A stretch of 64,000 nucleotides of DNA from NCBI GenBank assembly GCA_016844925.1, contig JAERTI010000035.1:4949-68948 (forward strand), written 5' to 3'. The notes below the pieces were generated by a model that saw nothing but the letters and a program-made list of their open reading frames with translations, ran no database searches and was not told the origin of the DNA. Shown here piece by piece: positions 61,897-64,000 of this stretch. Positions within the stretch are counted from its first letter, which is position 1, and each line of letters starts with the position of its first letter. The DNA comes from Candidatus Uhrbacteria bacterium. GTDB taxonomy: Bacteria; Patescibacteriota; Patescibacteriia; UBA9934; GWF2-40-263. Made by a program: the position numbers and the translations under genes.

Positions 61897-64000
61897 CTAG
61901 GGGCAGTCGACGATGTCGTCGTTGTCGACGTCACCGTCGCAGTCGTTGTCGATGCCGTCGCTGCAGGCGAGGGACTCGTCACCGGCCGGGCTGGCCAGGG
62001 ACTCGTCGTCGTCGCAGTCGCCATCAAGCGGCGTGTAGGTGTCGCCGTCGTCGTCCGCGACGCAGTCGCTGTCGCCCGCGTCGACATCGTCGATGTCGTT
62101 GTCGCAGTCGTTGTCGATCCCGTCGGTGCAGAGCTCGTAGGAGATCTCGTACATCTCGGGGTTGACGTACTCGTCGGAGTCGTCGCAGTCCCCGCCCGAG
62201 GCCGAGTAGCCCGTGGGCTCCTCGCACTGGATCAGGGTCGCGGCGCTGTCGTCGCCGTAGCCGTCGCCGTCCACGTCGTCGTACCACTCGGTGGCCGTCG
62301 AGGTGTCCAGGTCGCCGTCGTCGTCGTCGATCAGACCGTCGCAGTCGTTGTCGACGCTGTCGCACTCCTCGGTGGCCGAGGTGTTGATGGCGCTGTCGCC
62401 GTCATCGCAGTCGTCGCTGTTGCTGGCGTAGCCGCTGGGCACGCTGCAGTCTTCGGTGCTGGAGGCGGGGTCGCCCTCGCCGTCACCGTCGACGTCCTCG
62501 TAGAAGGTCGTGGTGACCCCCTCGTCGGTGCTGCCGTCGCAGTCGTTGTCGACGCTGTCGCACACCTCGGTGGCCGAGGTGTTGATCGTGCTGTCGGAGT
62601 CGTCGCAGTCCAGGAAGTTGACCACGTAGCCGCTGGGCTGGCTGCACTCGTCGGTGGAGTTCGAGCTGTCGCCCTCGCCGTCACCGTCGGTGTCCGCGTA
62701 GTAGGTGGTCTCGACCCCCTCGTCCACGGTGCCGTCGCAGTCGTTGTCCTGCGTGTCGCAGTACTCGGTGGCGCCCGGGTAGGTGCCGGCGTCGTTGTCG
62801 TCGCAGTCGGTGCTGTCGCTGACGTACCCGCTGGGGGCGCTGCAGGCGTCGTCCGTGCTGCTGGCGTCGCCGTAGCTGTCGCCGTCACCGTCGGCGTAGA
62901 AGGTCGTCTCGACCCCCTCGTCCACGGTGCCGTCGCAGTCGTTGTCGATCTCGTCGCAGGTCTCCGTGGCGCTGGTGTTCACGGCGCTGTCGCCGTCGTC
63001 GCAGTCGCTGGAGTCCGAGACGTAGCCGCTGGGCTGGCTGCAGGACATGGTCGAACTCGAGCTGTCGCCCTCGCCGTCGCCGTCCTGGTCGATGTAGAAC
63101 GTCGAACCCGTGGAGGTGTCCACGGAGGTGTCGTCGTCGTCGATGTCGCCATCGCAGTCGTTGTCGACGCTGTCGCACACCTCGGTGGCCGAGGTGTTGA
63201 TGGCGCTGTCGCCATCGTCGCAGTCGTCGGCGTTGCTGACGTAGCCGCTGGGCTGGCTGCAGGCGTCGTCGGTGGAGCTGCTGTCGCCCTCGCCGTCGCC
63301 GTCGGTGTCCGCGTAGTAGGTGATCTCGACCCCCTCGTCCACGGTGCCGTCGCAGTTGTTGTCGATCAGGTCGCACACCTCGGTCTCACCGGGGTTGGCG
63401 GCCGCCTCGGCGTCGTCGCAGTCGCTGGAGTTCGCCACGTACCCGCTGGGGGCGCTGCAGGCGTCGTCCGTGTTGCTCAGGTCGCCGTAGCCGTCGCCGT
63501 CGCCGTCCGCGTAGTAGGTGGTCTCGACCCCCTCGTCCACGGTGCCGTCGCAGTTGTCGTCGGTCTCGTTGCAGACCTCCGCGGCGCTCGGGTTGACCGA
63601 GGAGTCGGTGTCGTCGCAGTCACCGTCGATGGCCACGTACCCGCTGGGGGCGCTGCAGCTCACGTAGGTGTCCGAGGTCTCACCGTAGCTGTCGCCGTCG
63701 GTGTCGCCGTACCAGGTGGACGCGTCCGAGGACGTGTCCGGGTCGACGGTGCCGTCGCAGTCGTTGTCCGCGCCGTCGCAGACCTCCGTACCACCGGGGT
63801 AGCTGGAGGCGTCCGCGTCGTCGCAGTCGCTGTTGTCGTCCACGTAGCCGCTGGGGGCGTCGCAGGCGGGCACGGCCGTGCCGGAGCTGTCGCCGAAGGT
63901 GTCGCCGTCGCTGTCGACGTACCAGTCGGTGGCGTCCGCGGAGGTCGACGGATCGATGTTGCCATCGCAGTCGTTGTCCACGTCGTCACAGACCTCGGAG
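61897..64000 (-). CDS. Cys/Asp-rich tandem-repeat protein with MopE-type putative metal/calcium-binding motif repeats, high-GC foreign-type; the 5' end probably runs off the window
   Basis: About 12 repeats of ~60-70 aa have the pattern YxDxDGDGxGD....C..PSGYV....DCDDxDxxxNxxATExCDxxDNDCDGxxDEGV. GC3 is saturated. The alternative-frame ORFs 62024-63376 are shadows. The reading frame continues upstream of the M at 63981 to the window end. Confidence 0.7.
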   Translation of the reverse strand, partial: SEVCDDVDNDCDGNIDPSTSADATDWYVDSDGDTFGDSSGTAVPACDAPSGYVDDNSDCDDADASSYPGGTEVCDGADNDCDGTVDPDTSSDASTWYGDTDGDSYGETSDTYVSCSAPSGYVAIDGDCDDTDSSVNPSAAEVCNETDDNCDGTVDEGVETTYYADGDGDGYGDLSNTDDACSAPSGYVANSSDCDDAEAAANPGETEVCDLIDNNCDGTVDEGVEITYYADTDGDGEGDSSSTDDACSQPSGYVSNADDCDDGDSAINTSATEVCDSVDNDCDGDIDDDDTSVDTSTGSTFYIDQDGDGEGDSSSSTMSCSQPSGYVSDSSDCDDGDSAVNTSATETCDEIDNDCDGTVDEGVETTFYADGDGDSYGDASSTDDACSAPSGYVSDSTDCDDNDAGTYPGATEYCDTQDNDCDGTVDEGVETTYYADTDGDGEGDSSNSTDECSQPSGYVVNFLDCDDSDSTINTSATEVCDSVDNDCDGSTDEGVTTTFYEDVDGDGEGDPASSTEDCSVPSGYASNSDDCDDGDSAINTSATEECDSVDNDCDGLIDDDDGDLDTSTATEWYDDVDGDGYGDDSAATLIQCEEPTGYSASGGDCDDSDEYVNPEMYEISYELCTDGIDNDCDNDIDDVDAGDSDCVADDDGDTYTPLDGDCDDDESLASPAGDESLACSDGIDNDCDGDVDNDDIVDCP

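Noticed and set aside
62024-63989. Additional minus-strand ORFs in other frames over the MopE-type repeat gene (62024-62365, 62331-62888, 62885-63376, 63660-63989)
   Set aside because: They are Arg/Pro/Thr-rich translations of the same GC-rich repeat DNA in wrong frames. Only the Cys/Asp-rich frame gives a continuous ~700-aa ORF with a recognisable repeat family.
1-64000. CRISPR arrays, rRNA, tRNA and tmRNA genes
   Set aside because: No regularly spaced direct repeats were seen. None of the intergenic gaps over 90 nt (1092-1330, 13581-13702, 18388-18530, 19392-19565, 43772-43923, 47623-47865, 49293-49435) shows tRNA T-loop/acceptor features or tmRNA-like termini. They contain terminator hairpins and promoter-like hexamers instead.

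Overview
The window looks like a compact bacterial genome segment: about 50% GC by eye, no intergenic tRNA-like sequence was recognised (not searched systematically), native genes lack Shine-Dalgarno (SD) leaders, and most genes sit on the minus strand. Whether any tRNA or ncRNA is present should be settled by a tRNA/ncRNA scan. Gene content is compatible with a reduced Patescibacteria/CPR-like genome, but the lineage is not proven. Minus-strand content and the divergent plus-strand genes, in decreasing coordinate order: (i) ~61.9-64 kb, a partial Cys/Asp-rich MopE-type repeat protein (high GC). (ii) ~47.9-61.8 kb, an ECF sigma/anti-sigma pair heading the locus, an HTH regulator with methyltransferase, a TIM-barrel hydrolase and a repeat protein, a membrane-anchored ClpB-D1-only AAA+ protein, a second ~700-aa polytopic membrane protein (paralog of 27345-29477) and GT4/Wzy_C genes. 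(iii) ~23.4-47.6 kb, a large cell-envelope and surface-glycan locus: a GT-C (PMT/ArnT-like) transferase, a CDP-alcohol phosphatidyltransferase, a ~700-aa polytopic membrane protein, GT4/GT2/DPM1-like transferases, UXS, two tandem S8 peptidases, a BNR-propeller protein and a 1232-aa Ser/Thr-rich surface protein. (iv) ~17.3-23.4 kb, an RmlA/RmlD/RmlB nucleotide-sugar block with two Nudix genes and a HIT gene. (v) 1-17 kb, housekeeping genes (partial nrdJ, an exonuclease, a Lpd-like reductase, GH5-like and GT28 genes, LOG, a DUF45 peptidase, L28, HflX, HU, riboflavin kinase, Nudix, CtpA). The most unusual signal is seven genes in five loci with much higher GC and near-saturated GC3, all with canonical AGGAG-type SD sites. 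They are 10197-10682, 12818-13189, the tandem 18531-20420 Nudix pair, the 29573-32272 pentapeptide-repeat plus ABC exporter pair, and the 61897-64000 MopE-type repeat protein. Three of the five islands (12818, 19566 and 30472) sit directly downstream of variants of one native terminator-promoter module (TTTTTGGATTGAC with a hairpin). The tandem Nudix cassettes are each followed by the same ~55-bp multi-hairpin element. All of this points to recent acquisition from high-GC donors into cassette-like slots. A second candidate system is a protein O-glycosylation module: the GT-C transferase, the Ppm1/DPM1-like GT2 and a Wzy_C ligase, next to the giant Ser/Thr-rich surface protein.
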